Below are positions 25,321-35,782 of a stretch of 54,763 bases of DNA, piece after piece. A model generated the notes under the pieces. The model made no database searches and was not told where the DNA came from. It saw only the letters and a list, made by a program, of their open reading frames with translations. Each line of letters begins with the position of its first letter. Positions within the stretch are counted from its first letter, which is position 1. Source of the DNA: a virus (lineage: Duplodnaviria > Caudoviricetes); the IMG/VR virus record IMGVR_UViG_3300028394_000094, positions 1 through 54,763 of that record; one strand, 5' to 3'. The position numbers and the translations under genes are program-made.

Positions 25321-25392
25321 ACAATCACTCTCTCTCCGATTGTAAATGTAGTGCTCCTTCACTTTGCCCCCGCCCTTGCGGGGGATTTTTTT
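25321..25392 (+). ncRNA. Candidate anti-Shine-Dalgarno small RNA
   Basis: Three hairpins with pyrimidine loops ACUCUCUCUCC, CUCCUU and CCUU, the last being the terminator; loops complementary to phage RBSs. Confidence 0.65.
25367..25392 (+). terminator. Intrinsic terminator at the convergence point
   Basis: CCCCCGC-CCTT-GCGGGGG-ATTTTTTT. Confidence 0.85.
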
Positions 25393-28300
25393 AGTTGTAT
25401 GCGGCGATGTTATCTAGCATCTCTTGTTCTAACTTCTTACTGTATTGAACACCATTTACCATCCGTTTACTTGCGTCAAGGAATGCACGACTTGATCTTT
25501 CAAATGTTTCTGCATTAATACCAAGACCCGGATGTTTACGATTAAGTTCCATTAATTTTTCTTTAGCTTCTTCTCTAGCCTCAACATCGCCAACACGGTC
25601 AGAAATGTTATAGCGTTGTAACAGTTTATTTTTCTCATCAAGAATTGCTTTTTCAATACCTTTGTTTTTAGCATTGATTGCTTGTTGTAAAGACAACTCA
25701 GCGGGGGTAAACCCTAATGCTTGTGCACCTATACTAAAGATACTGAAATCTTCAATCATTGGGTCACCACGCATTGTCGTAGCGCCCTCGGTACCGTACC
25801 GGAAACTCTTCATAGCGTTACCTAAGAAAGACGGAAGTATATCTTCAATACCACGTTCTATATTGCCTTCTTGTATCTTGCTTAACCCACGCATAATTTT
25901 AGAACCCGCACCGTAAGCTGGTCCGCCAAAGGTTTGTAAGAACGCATCTTGGAATGTTGCAGATTGAGATGTTGGGTTTGTTCTAAATATTAAATCACTT
26001 AAACCAATACGTCCGGCAACATCTAATCCAGTAATTTCATTAATCAAACCTTTGTATACAAACTCACCAATATATTTACGGGTTGCAGTTTCAAAGTCAT
26101 CTTCGTCATCATCTGCAAACAAGTTGTATACCATAGCAGCCATACCAAACATTGGTACCCCTTGTAGTCCTGAGAACAACGCAGCGGTACCATATATACC
26201 AGCAATTTGTCGCATAGCAGCTTTCTTCACCTCTTTATCTTGGTTTTGCAAAGCATCTCTTGTAATTTTAAATAGTAAATAGTACATGGATACCCCGTAC
26301 CCTTTGTACATAAACAGCACCTTACCTAAAGCATTTTTAGAAATAAGCGGTGCGTTACCTGCGGCTATATTACCGTTTGTTAATTTAGCTACATCTACAG
26401 CGTATCTGGCGGCAGCGTCTTCAGCTGCTTGACCCTTAATACCTTTACCGTGTAATTTAGCTAACTGTAAATTATATGCAGCCATTAAAGATATTTCACG
26501 ATTCATACGGTCAGCGTGATGAAACGCCCAGCCGGAAGTAGTATTTATTGTGTTAAGAATATTTTTACGCCCGTCAACTTCAAGCACATCATAGAATGAG
26601 GAACGGTTTAACTGTCCTTCTCCCGCTGCCAAATCATACAAAGTTTTTAACCTTCTAATTTCGGCAGGTAATTTAGCATTGTCAAAGTCGTAATTGCTCA
26701 TAGACGGCATAGCTTTACCAGTAACTTTTTCTTTACTACCAATCATCTCTGCGGTTTTAGCATACCCACTAGCAAAAAATGCTCTTCTAGCCGCACCTAC
26801 TTCTTTTATTGTATCTGTCCAACTATGGTCTCCGGCTAGATATGGCATTACTACCATTGGCAACTGCGCTAACTGCACAACTGCCGAGGACACGTTAAAC
26901 CCTAATTGATAGTTAAAAGTAAGTGTGTTAACAAGGTTAGCTGTTTTTGTTATGATATTGTTATTGTTCGCACTATTTGCGGCAATATGCTTTTCAAATA
27001 TTTTTATGTATTCATTAACTAGTTTATTATCTTTAGCGTCAGTACCCTTAGTCATCGCTTTAGATAATGTCTTCATGTCCGACATTAACTTGTTAATCTT
27101 TGCACCGTATATCATCCTACCAACTTGTTGAGTTGTACTATACAACCGGTCCCGTAGCGCTTCTACAGCATCCTCTTTGTAACCTAACACGTTTTGACGT
27201 TTTCTAAATGACTGAGCAAAAGATGTTTCCGGCAACGTACTAATGTATAGACGCATTACTTCTTCGGAGTTTTCTTCGTATTTTTCTAACGCTGCTTTAT
27301 GTTTTTCTTTTTGATTAGCCGTAGCATTATCGGGTAGTTTAGGTTTGTTGCTCTCTAATACTTGCAACACTTTATTAACAAAACTTCCTGATGGCGCACG
27401 GGTATATTGATACTCAGCTAGTTTAGAAAACTGCTCAATGTTAGAAGCACCTTCTTTTTTAAGTTCTTCTATGGCTCTAGTGCGAGCACGTTCATATTCA
27501 AACGCTTCGATATAAGTTTCTACCTGCCCACTTTTATCTCTCATGTTATACGACAACCAGTAATTACCTTTACGAGTTAAGGCAAAGTAAGGCTCAATCT
27601 TACCTTGTGCAACTAATTTAGCCATAATATCGGATTTAATTTTTGCTTTAATAGTGTCGTCTACGCTAAAGGTTTCAATTCTTTCATTGATTGCCCTAAC
27701 AATTTCATTGTATGTAGCGCTGTAAGCATTACGCATATCAACATATAACTTCTTACCAGACCCACTTAATCTGTTGTACTCGGCTTTTACCTTGTTGTAA
27801 TTTGCATCCCAAGTTTTATCTTTTTGCGTAGCCTCTGGATAATCTGTTTTTTCTTTAGTTGGGTCGGCTTTGCTTGTTGTACTACCGTATACAACAGAAT
27901 TAAATAATTTAACCATCTCAGGAGTTGCTTGTTTAACCCACGCTTCAGCCCTACGAACTAGCGGTTCAATTTTTTCATTTTGTCCGTTAATATATTGAGA
28001 TTGCTCGTCAATTAATTTACCAATGCCTGTAGCACCTTTTAACCCAACCCGTTCAGCTTCCATACCCAGCACATTAACAGGCAGGGAAGAAAGGATTGCA
28101 GTTAGTGCGTTGCCGAATACACCTTTCTTAAGTACCTCATGTAATGCGTTTGCACGGTTCTGATTCATAAACGGTGCGTTAGCTATCTTATCTATAAACC
28201 CATCAAATATAGATTGAGCATCTTCACCTGTAACTCCCGGAACATTGGGTTTATTACGAAGCGTAGCTTGTTGTTTCTCTACAGTTTCTGTATTTTTTGA

Positions 28301-31300
28301 CGGTATTCCTCTAAAGACTTGCTTTGCTGCAACATCTTCAACCCTTGATTTAACATTCCTAGATACTGCGAGGGGGCGTTCTCTTTTATCCCCAGACTTA
28401 ACCATGTCTGAAGGTACGTCTCCAGTTGCGGTTTGCTGTGAGCCATCTGTAAACTGCTTTCCAATAGATCGTGCGTCATTTTTCTTAGCCTCTTTATTTA
28501 TAAATACAAATATATCTTCATTATCTTGAAAAGATTTTAACAATTTATTTTCAAGGGCGTTTAAATCAAATCCTTTTGTAGCTTTTAAACTAAGGATAAT
28601 TTTTTGCATTTCAGCCGGAAATGCTGCATCGTGGCTTCTTACTTTATGATGTGCAAGTTCGTGAATCATTGTTCCAAACGTACCATATGCCGCTCGTGTT
28701 ACATCTGAAAATTCTGGTAAAGCTGGGTTAACAAATAATCCAATAAATGGTATACGAATACTAACACCACGATATTCTTTATCAAAAGATATACCAATAC
28801 CTTCTTTTTTTAAATCTTTATAATTAAGATGTTTGGCAACAGCATCTCGTAAATCTTTAAATACATCTCCAATTTCGTACATAAATTTGTCAAATCTGTC
28901 GCCAAATTTATACCTTGCTATATCTGTAATACTTGAATAAACAGTTAACCCAAATCCATTTAATTCATCGTCAGCTTTGTCTCTTTTTTCACGTATAGCA
29001 TATTTTTCGTTTCTTAAATTTTCCCTAAGTTTTTCTTGCTCTTTAGATTCCCAATCATCTTTTTCATAAGTAGCATCTACTTGTTTGTCTAAAGCATCCA
29101 TTTCTTGTTGAAATTTATCAATATCAGCTTTTATTTCTGCTTTAGTTCTTTCTATAGGAATTTCAAGATTATCATGTAACATGACTTTATCATTTTTAAT
29201 AGTTGATTGGTCAACTTTTAAAGAATCCGTATCTATAAATACTGATTCTAAATCTTTTGTATTTAATTCCGGAATTTTTCTACCATTAACTATTAGTTGC
29301 CCGTTTTCAACTTTTACCTCATCTCCAAGATTTATTGCAGATGCTGCTGTTTTTTCAGGACCTTTGGGTTCTATTTTTTCTTTAGCGGTTACTTTTATTT
29401 TTGAACCAATCATAGATGGTTCTAAATATTGAACGTATCCAAAATCTAACGCATCGCTAGTAAAATCAATTTGTCTATATAAAACAGAAATATAATTAAA
29501 TATTTTTTCAAAATCTTCTTGCGCTACTTTAGAAAATGATTGCCTACTTAATTCAAAAGGATATCCGGGGTCTTCTGCTTTTACTTTTGGTACAACATCT
29601 ATATAAAATTCTCTGCCAATTGGGTCCGACAGATAATCCATTGGGTTAGTTTTTATTTTTGTACTAAATTGCCATAATCCGTTTGATAAAATATGTGTAT
29701 TATTACCATATTTCTTTTGTTGATTTTTAGTAACGTAAATTCTAGCGGTACCCCAATTAAAATTAGCATTAGCAAAAGTTGTGTATTCGTCTATATCAAA
29801 GTTTTTACCAATATTTAATATTTTATTATTAAATTTAACTTCAATATTATCAAACAACGGGCTATACATTAAAACTTTATGATAGTAAAGGTCTCCATCA
29901 AAATCAATTTTTGTTTCTTCTCCAGTAGAAGAATTTATATATGTTTCAGGAATTGTAATTCTTATGTGGGTACCATGCCCTTCAGGAAACATTTTTAAAT
30001 CTGCGGCGGTTGGTTTTTCTACGTTAATATCTGGAGCAAACGATGGGTCGTCTAAAGCTTCGTATAAAGTTTCCCCCGTAGTGTCAAGTACGCTAACTTT
30101 ATTATTTTTTAACGTAGTAACTTTTAATTCTTTATTAGCAAATAAAAATAACATTTTAGCAATACCCAAACTACCTGATGGTCTAGTAGTTCCTTTTTTT
30201 GTTCCCGCAATTTGTAAAAATTCTTTGCCAAGCACTGCTGCTTCCATACCTGTACCGTTGTCTAGAATAGTAATAGACCTATCAGACTCGTTCATAGTAA
30301 TAGATATTTCCCCGTTTGTTATATCGCCAAGTTCTAAACCTTCTTTAATTGCATCAAAAGAATTTTGAATTAATTCTTTTATAGATACAGTCGCTATATA
30401 ATCTGGGTTGCCATATAATTTTGGACCAATTAATTTAGCTAACCTTCCTACATTTACACCGGGAGTAGATTTTATTATTTGAAATAATTTATTGCTACGT
30501 ATATTATCTAATGCTTGGGTTGCATTTTTTACAGACTGTTCGTAAGATTCTCCCGACTCAAGTGCTTCAAGCATTCTTCCAACGTCCGCATCGGTTATTT
30601 CTCCAGCCTCGGCTAATTTAATAATTTCATTTTTAATCTTATCAAATTCACGTTTCCCGGTAATATCCTTTAATTCTGTTAACTGTTGTTTAAATTTAAA
30701 ATTTTCACGTTGAATTTCTAATTTTTGTTTAGGGTCTTTAATTGTTTCTAAATAGTCATTGTTATTTTTAATTTGTCGTTCTAACCCTTCAATAGTTTCT
30801 GGTGCTTTTACTACTTTTGGCTCTGCCTTTTCTTCCGTCTTTGGCTTTGGCTCGGCTAGTTTAGCCCTTTCTTCTGCTAATTCTTTTCTTGCTTTAGATA
30901 CATCTTTTCCTTTAGCTTCATCTTTATTAAGATTACGTTCAGCTTGTAAAAGGGCTTTCTCCATATCAGTTAATGGTTTTTTAACTGGCGGTTTTAATGC
31001 ACTCGACTGTACCGCTTCTCCTGCTCCAAGTCCTGTAGCAACATTCTCAAAAACACCCACTCCTGCAGGTTTAATTGGCGCAGGTCTTCCGGCAGCGGGT
31101 GCTGGTCTGTTAGGTACAGGAACGCTCTTTCCATTTGGTCTACTGACAGTTGCGGCGGGTTTAGTTCCACGGGGTGCCTCCGTTAAAGGTAAAGATTGTT
31201 GTTTTGCTAATTCAGTAAATGCTTGGTTCCGTAGAAATTCTATCGGTGCTTGATTCATTCTTGTATTCTGTCTAGCTGCAGTTAACACCTGACCAAGTTT

Positions 31301-33172
31301 TATCTGGTCATCTGGGTTAGCCATATCTAAACCAAGTAGTTGTTTGTAATATCCTGACTGTGGTTTGAGACCAGTGTTTTTTAATGTTTCTGCATCAAGC
31401 ACAGTACTAATTTGCGGTTGCTGATATGTTAAATCTTCTTGCAAACTTTGCGTTTGCCCTTGGCGAATACCTTCTGTACGGGAAGGACGACCACGCTCAC
31501 CAAACAAGTCAGACTGCTGTTGAGCTGCAGGAGCACCGTTAGCTGTTGGCGGTCTAAAAGTTTTTTGTTCCGGAAGCAATCCGGCAAGATTAAGTTGTTG
31601 TTGGGCTTGAGATTGCCGTGCAATTTTTTCTACTTGGGCTTGCTTCTCTTGTACGGCTTGTTGATGCGCTAAATTAATTTCACGTAGTTTCTGTGCCGCT
31701 TGTAATTGCTCAGAAATCTGAGTACTAGGCTTGGCTTCCGGCGCAGGAGGCGCAAACTGTAATACACCTTGACGAGAGTTTGCTATACGAGGGTCAGCTA
31801 CTTCACCACTTTCAACAGAATACATTTTATCGTTCTGTTGTTCTGCACGGGCTTGTTCATAAGCTTGTCTAGTTGCTTGTGCAGGGGGCATACCTTTACT
31901 AACAAACTCTTCAAATAACTCCCGTGTACGTTGTGCTAAAGGGTCAACTTCTTTTGGTGCAGCTTGAGGAGGCTTTTGCTCTAAGTTTTTATAAAACCCT
32001 AACAAGTCAGGCTGCTGAGTTTCAAATGCGCTTTTTTCCCCAGCTGGAGGTTGATTAATTTGTGCTGGTGGTTGTACTGGTGGCTGCTGGGCTTTCTGTG
32101 CTGCAATATTAGCTAGTCTATCGGCTTTAACTTGAGACGCTTCAACAGCTGCTCCCGGCGCACCAACAATACCACCGCCTATAGTACCTTTAAACATACT
32201 AGTAATAATACGGTCTATGTTCTCAGGCGAGAAAAATGGGTCTTTACTTCCAGCTAATTGACTGGCAAAAATTTGTAATGAATCTTGCGCACCTTCAGTT
32301 AACCCTTCTCCTAAAGCTGTTGTACCTAATGCTTTACCAAATTCTTTTTTCCAAGTAGTAGGAACTACGCTGGATTTTTTAAGCATCTCTTCAGCTAATT
32401 TGGCTTTGCCTGCAGAACCAAGCTGACTTAAAAGTTTTGAAGGTAGATATGTATCAAGAGCCGCAACTAAAGAACCTATAGTAAGTGCAAGGTCAGGTCT
32501 TAATTCTCCAGTATCTTCATAAATACCTTGAAGCGTATCAGGTATATTTATACCAGCAGAAGCTGCGCCGAGTCCAATTTTACCGCCCAACTCTTTAGCG
32601 GACTTCTCAGCCAATGCACCTGTAACTTGTTTATTTATAACTTCTCTAGCTGCAGATAACTCAATACCTTTTCTAGCAGCTAATTTTCCAGCTAAACCCT
32701 CAACAACTTCTGCCGTACCTCTTCTTGCAAGCGCACCTGCACCAAATGAACCTGTTAACAAACTAGCAACAAATGCCGCTACATCTGGACCAAGTTCACC
32801 TAAAGTCTCGGCTCCAGCACCAAGAAAATTACCAAAACTGTCTACTTGTTTATAAGATTTAAATGCAGTTGGATTAGCTTGTTCAGCTTTCTGCATCCGT
32901 TCTTTATACTCGTCTAATTGTTGTTTGGCATAATCATCAGCACCGATAATAGAACCGCCCAAAGCAGGGAGTAGGTCAAGTGCTGTACCTTTAAGTCCTT
33001 CTAAAGAACGCTGGAACCCACTAGAAACTAACGCACCCAAACCTTGTTCTCTGTAATCAACAGGGGCAACCGCATATCTATCTCGGATTGCCCGAGCACT
33101 AGCCATTACTTCTTCATTAGTGCCGTCAGGAACCTCAACAATTCCTACCCCATCAATTTGAACTCTAGCCAT
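25391..33172 (-). CDS. Giant (2593 aa) putative internal virion/ejection polyvalent protein with GHKL ATPase and HEXXH domains
   Basis: Last gene of the virion operon; Gly/Ala-rich N-terminus; ELIQNSFDA, ILDNGTGM, GSLGIAK, HGT (Bergerat fold boxes); MIHELAHH; long helical C-terminal region. Confidence 0.8.
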   Translation of the reverse strand: MARVQIDGVGIVEVPDGTNEEVMASARAIRDRYAVAPVDYREQGLGALVSSGFQRSLEGLKGTALDLLPALGGSIIGADDYAKQQLDEYKERMQKAEQANPTAFKSYKQVDSFGNFLGAGAETLGELGPDVAAFVASLLTGSFGAGALARRGTAEVVEGLAGKLAARKGIELSAAREVINKQVTGALAEKSAKELGGKIGLGAASAGINIPDTLQGIYEDTGELRPDLALTIGSLVAALDTYLPSKLLSQLGSAGKAKLAEEMLKKSSVVPTTWKKEFGKALGTTALGEGLTEGAQDSLQIFASQLAGSKDPFFSPENIDRIITSMFKGTIGGGIVGAPGAAVEASQVKADRLANIAAQKAQQPPVQPPAQINQPPAGEKSAFETQQPDLLGFYKNLEQKPPQAAPKEVDPLAQRTRELFEEFVSKGMPPAQATRQAYEQARAEQQNDKMYSVESGEVADPRIANSRQGVLQFAPPAPEAKPSTQISEQLQAAQKLREINLAHQQAVQEKQAQVEKIARQSQAQQQLNLAGLLPEQKTFRPPTANGAPAAQQQSDLFGERGRPSRTEGIRQGQTQSLQEDLTYQQPQISTVLDAETLKNTGLKPQSGYYKQLLGLDMANPDDQIKLGQVLTAARQNTRMNQAPIEFLRNQAFTELAKQQSLPLTEAPRGTKPAATVSRPNGKSVPVPNRPAPAAGRPAPIKPAGVGVFENVATGLGAGEAVQSSALKPPVKKPLTDMEKALLQAERNLNKDEAKGKDVSKARKELAEERAKLAEPKPKTEEKAEPKVVKAPETIEGLERQIKNNNDYLETIKDPKQKLEIQRENFKFKQQLTELKDITGKREFDKIKNEIIKLAEAGEITDADVGRMLEALESGESYEQSVKNATQALDNIRSNKLFQIIKSTPGVNVGRLAKLIGPKLYGNPDYIATVSIKELIQNSFDAIKEGLELGDITNGEISITMNESDRSITILDNGTGMEAAVLGKEFLQIAGTKKGTTRPSGSLGIAKMLFLFANKELKVTTLKNNKVSVLDTTGETLYEALDDPSFAPDINVEKPTAADLKMFPEGHGTHIRITIPETYINSSTGEETKIDFDGDLYYHKVLMYSPLFDNIEVKFNNKILNIGKNFDIDEYTTFANANFNWGTARIYVTKNQQKKYGNNTHILSNGLWQFSTKIKTNPMDYLSDPIGREFYIDVVPKVKAEDPGYPFELSRQSFSKVAQEDFEKIFNYISVLYRQIDFTSDALDFGYVQYLEPSMIGSKIKVTAKEKIEPKGPEKTAASAINLGDEVKVENGQLIVNGRKIPELNTKDLESVFIDTDSLKVDQSTIKNDKVMLHDNLEIPIERTKAEIKADIDKFQQEMDALDKQVDATYEKDDWESKEQEKLRENLRNEKYAIREKRDKADDELNGFGLTVYSSITDIARYKFGDRFDKFMYEIGDVFKDLRDAVAKHLNYKDLKKEGIGISFDKEYRGVSIRIPFIGLFVNPALPEFSDVTRAAYGTFGTMIHELAHHKVRSHDAAFPAEMQKIILSLKATKGFDLNALENKLLKSFQDNEDIFVFINKEAKKNDARSIGKQFTDGSQQTATGDVPSDMVKSGDKRERPLAVSRNVKSRVEDVAAKQVFRGIPSKNTETVEKQQATLRNKPNVPGVTGEDAQSIFDGFIDKIANAPFMNQNRANALHEVLKKGVFGNALTAILSSLPVNVLGMEAERVGLKGATGIGKLIDEQSQYINGQNEKIEPLVRRAEAWVKQATPEMVKLFNSVVYGSTTSKADPTKEKTDYPEATQKDKTWDANYNKVKAEYNRLSGSGKKLYVDMRNAYSATYNEIVRAINERIETFSVDDTIKAKIKSDIMAKLVAQGKIEPYFALTRKGNYWLSYNMRDKSGQVETYIEAFEYERARTRAIEELKKEGASNIEQFSKLAEYQYTRAPSGSFVNKVLQVLESNKPKLPDNATANQKEKHKAALEKYEENSEEVMRLYISTLPETSFAQSFRKRQNVLGYKEDAVEALRDRLYSTTQQVGRMIYGAKINKLMSDMKTLSKAMTKGTDAKDNKLVNEYIKIFEKHIAANSANNNNIITKTANLVNTLTFNYQLGFNVSSAVVQLAQLPMVVMPYLAGDHSWTDTIKEVGAARRAFFASGYAKTAEMIGSKEKVTGKAMPSMSNYDFDNAKLPAEIRRLKTLYDLAAGEGQLNRSSFYDVLEVDGRKNILNTINTTSGWAFHHADRMNREISLMAAYNLQLAKLHGKGIKGQAAEDAAARYAVDVAKLTNGNIAAGNAPLISKNALGKVLFMYKGYGVSMYYLLFKITRDALQNQDKEVKKAAMRQIAGIYGTAALFSGLQGVPMFGMAAMVYNLFADDDEDDFETATRKYIGEFVYKGLINEITGLDVAGRIGLSDLIFRTNPTSQSATFQDAFLQTFGGPAYGAGSKIMRGLSKIQEGNIERGIEDILPSFLGNAMKSFRYGTEGATTMRGDPMIEDFSIFSIGAQALGFTPAELSLQQAINAKNKGIEKAILDEKNKLLQRYNISDRVGDVEAREEAKEKLMELNRKHPGLGINAETFERSSRAFLDASKRMVNGVQYSKKLEQEMLDNIAAYN

Positions 33173-33174
33173 AG

Positions 33175-34800
33175 TTATTTAACTTGTTTTTTAGTTGCAA
33201 CAGCTCTTTCACCACGAAGATCACTAACATACCCATTGTATATGTCAGACTTAAATTTTTGTAAATCTTGAATTGCGCTATCATAATTTGCATTGCCGGG
33301 TTTTTTACCTATTCTAAGTTTTTCTTTTATTACATCTGCATTAGGTACAAAATCCCAAAATTCTGAATCTAATCTTGGTGAATTAACAAACTCGTTAATA
33401 TTTGTTTTAGCTTTTGTAATAGTTGATTCACTTAATGTAGTAGCACCTCTAAGATTACCAAGACCACCAGCACCAACATTAGCTGCTTTTTGATTTTGTG
33501 CTATGCCTGAAAGAGAATGGCTAGAAATAGTTGCTTGATCTTTTTGAACGTCTCTTGCAATTTTTTCTCTTTCATCAATATATTTTTTATAAGCTTCAAA
33601 ATTACCATTTTTAAAAGCAAACTCCGCTTTTCTATCAAGATTTTCAATCTCTTCTAATTTTAAAGATATAGCAATAGATTTTTCTCTGTTAGACGCATCA
33701 AGTGATCTTGCAGCACCACCTATATCAGTATCACTAAACCCTGCACCGGAACGTGCTCTTAACGCATCTTGTTTCATTAAACTAAGATTCTCATCCCAAG
33801 TACGGGGTCTATTATAAGATTTTTGAACTTCTTCTAATCGTGATGTACTTGTTTTAGGTAGCGCATTTAAACCACGCTTTTCTTTTTCGGCTTCTAGTTC
33901 TTCCATAGTTGGTACACTTGGTGGTTTTTGTTCAGTGTATTTATATATGTTATCTAGTGTTCTTCTTACGTCTTTATCTACTGCTGGAGCACCACCCCCA
34001 CCACCGGAGGGACCGCTAGGTAATATTTTTATATTTGCATTGGGGTCTTCAGTAGTTTGGGTGGTTATCTTTTGCCCCGAACCAGTATCTATACCTTGTT
34101 GCTCTTCTTTAGATAATTTAGAAGGAGGTTGAGTAAAATATTTATATATTGGTTTAGCTGCTGCTGCCGCCGCCGACCCTGCTACCCCCGCTGGACCAAG
34201 CGCTAGTCCTTCTAGTATAGAAGCAATTGTAGGATTATCTCTTTTAAAATTATGAAGTCTATTTCCAAAACTATCTAAGTCTTCTCTAAACGCAGACCTT
34301 GGTTTTGGTTCCGGTACTTGACTTTCATCTGTACCATCAAAGTGTACTACTCCACCGTGAGCATAGTCACTACGTCTAAACATATCAGGACGCATAGGTA
34401 ACTGCATTAACCCACCATTAGCTGCGGCTACTGGTTTAGGAGGCATTTGTGGCATCTGAGGCGGTGCTTGAGGAGGCATCTGTCCACCTTGTGGTGGGGG
34501 TGCTCCCGGCGACATACCTTGGGCTATACCTTGTGGTGGTGCCGGTGGTTTTTGTGCCATTTGGGCTGTTTGCTGCAAAACCGTTGGTGTATTATCGTTA
34601 GCACCTTGCGCTTGCTGGTTTTGTACCAAACGACTGCGCCTAGAAATTTCTCCTAGTGCTATATATCCGGGGATAGATGGTTCCAACCCTGTGGCATATT
34701 GTTGTAGTTTAGCTATGTCAATAGTGGGGTCTTGCAATCTTCTTTTGATTGCATCTAGTTCCGCAGGAGTAGTCGGTATAGGAGATGTAGAAATAGCCAT
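33175..34800 (-). CDS. Putative internal virion protein
   Basis: Pro/Gln-rich, AANGG and YAHGG motifs; position among ejection genes. Confidence 0.65.
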   Translation of the reverse strand: MAISTSPIPTTPAELDAIKRRLQDPTIDIAKLQQYATGLEPSIPGYIALGEISRRSRLVQNQQAQGANDNTPTVLQQTAQMAQKPPAPPQGIAQGMSPGAPPPQGGQMPPQAPPQMPQMPPKPVAAANGGLMQLPMRPDMFRRSDYAHGGVVHFDGTDESQVPEPKPRSAFREDLDSFGNRLHNFKRDNPTIASILEGLALGPAGVAGSAAAAAAKPIYKYFTQPPSKLSKEEQQGIDTGSGQKITTQTTEDPNANIKILPSGPSGGGGGAPAVDKDVRRTLDNIYKYTEQKPPSVPTMEELEAEKEKRGLNALPKTSTSRLEEVQKSYNRPRTWDENLSLMKQDALRARSGAGFSDTDIGGAARSLDASNREKSIAISLKLEEIENLDRKAEFAFKNGNFEAYKKYIDEREKIARDVQKDQATISSHSLSGIAQNQKAANVGAGGLGNLRGATTLSESTITKAKTNINEFVNSPRLDSEFWDFVPNADVIKEKLRIGKKPGNANYDSAIQDLQKFKSDIYNGYVSDLRGERAVATKKQVK

Positions 34801-34810
34801 AGTTTATCCT

Positions 34811-35773
34811 TTAAGGCTTTGCGGGTGTAGTTGTAGACGCAGTTGCATTTTTAAACCAATCAGGGAACATCCCTTTAAGCAGGTCTATTGTATTACCCCC
34901 ACCGGTTACAGCCGAGTTAAACAGCGTTTGCGGCGCAGTGTAGTAGTTCTGCGTAGTAATTGGTAAACCTTGCAACAACGATTGCTGAAACTTAAGTTGA
35001 TTCTGTGGGTAAGCACGTTCCTCTTCAAACTGCTGTCTAGCAGCGTTATCGGCTTGTTGTTGCATATCTCGTTGTGCCGCACCAGCAGTAGACTGTGCGC
35101 CTAGGTTAGCTAAATTAGCTTGATTCTGTGTATTTGCTAATGAACCAATACCTTGTTGTGCTTGTAGCGCACGGTTCTGCTCGGCGTTATATTGTTGTTG
35201 AGCGTTGTTATAGGCTGTGTTGTATCCTTGACCGGTAATACTTGCTAAGTTTGTACCCAAATTACGCTGGGTTTCTGCATCCATAATAGCTTGTCTACCT
35301 CCACCATATGCCCCAGCACCAGCCAACTTAGAAGAATTTTGCATCTGTGTAATTTGAGATTGACGGCGAGCTTCTTCAAGCTGCGGGTTTAAAGACATTT
35401 GCAAATACGGGTTCATATACTGCTGGGCTTGTTGTGTACCAAAAGTATTATTAGCAATATTCTGCATACCTGTTTGTGCAGTACCAAATCCACTTGGCAT
35501 AGTTAACGAGCCGATACCAGAAAACGCTTTATTCTGTAAGTCTGAAGGACCCGCTACTAACTGTCCTGTATACGCTTGATACGGAGTAGAAGCAAGAGCT
35601 TGCCCTTTAGCCAGCATATCACTAACATAAGGCGCAGCATAATTAGATACCGTAGATTCCTGTGAAGTAATATTAGGAATGGTATTAGTTGCTGCCCCCG
35701 CCGCAGTTAACGGATTAGTAGCTGTCGGGGTAGGTGTTGTAGCTGTAGTTATAGGAGTAGTTGGGTCTGCCAT
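34811..35773 (-). CDS. Putative DNA-transfer/pilot (ejection) protein
   Basis: Gln/Ala/Gly-rich, YMNPY and AGAYGGGRQA motifs. Confidence 0.65.
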   Translation of the reverse strand: MADPTTPITTATTPTPTATNPLTAAGAATNTIPNITSQESTVSNYAAPYVSDMLAKGQALASTPYQAYTGQLVAGPSDLQNKAFSGIGSLTMPSGFGTAQTGMQNIANNTFGTQQAQQYMNPYLQMSLNPQLEEARRQSQITQMQNSSKLAGAGAYGGGRQAIMDAETQRNLGTNLASITGQGYNTAYNNAQQQYNAEQNRALQAQQGIGSLANTQNQANLANLGAQSTAGAAQRDMQQQADNAARQQFEEERAYPQNQLKFQQSLLQGLPITTQNYYTAPQTLFNSAVTGGGNTIDLLKGMFPDWFKNATASTTTPAKP

Positions 35774-35782
35774 AATTATTCC

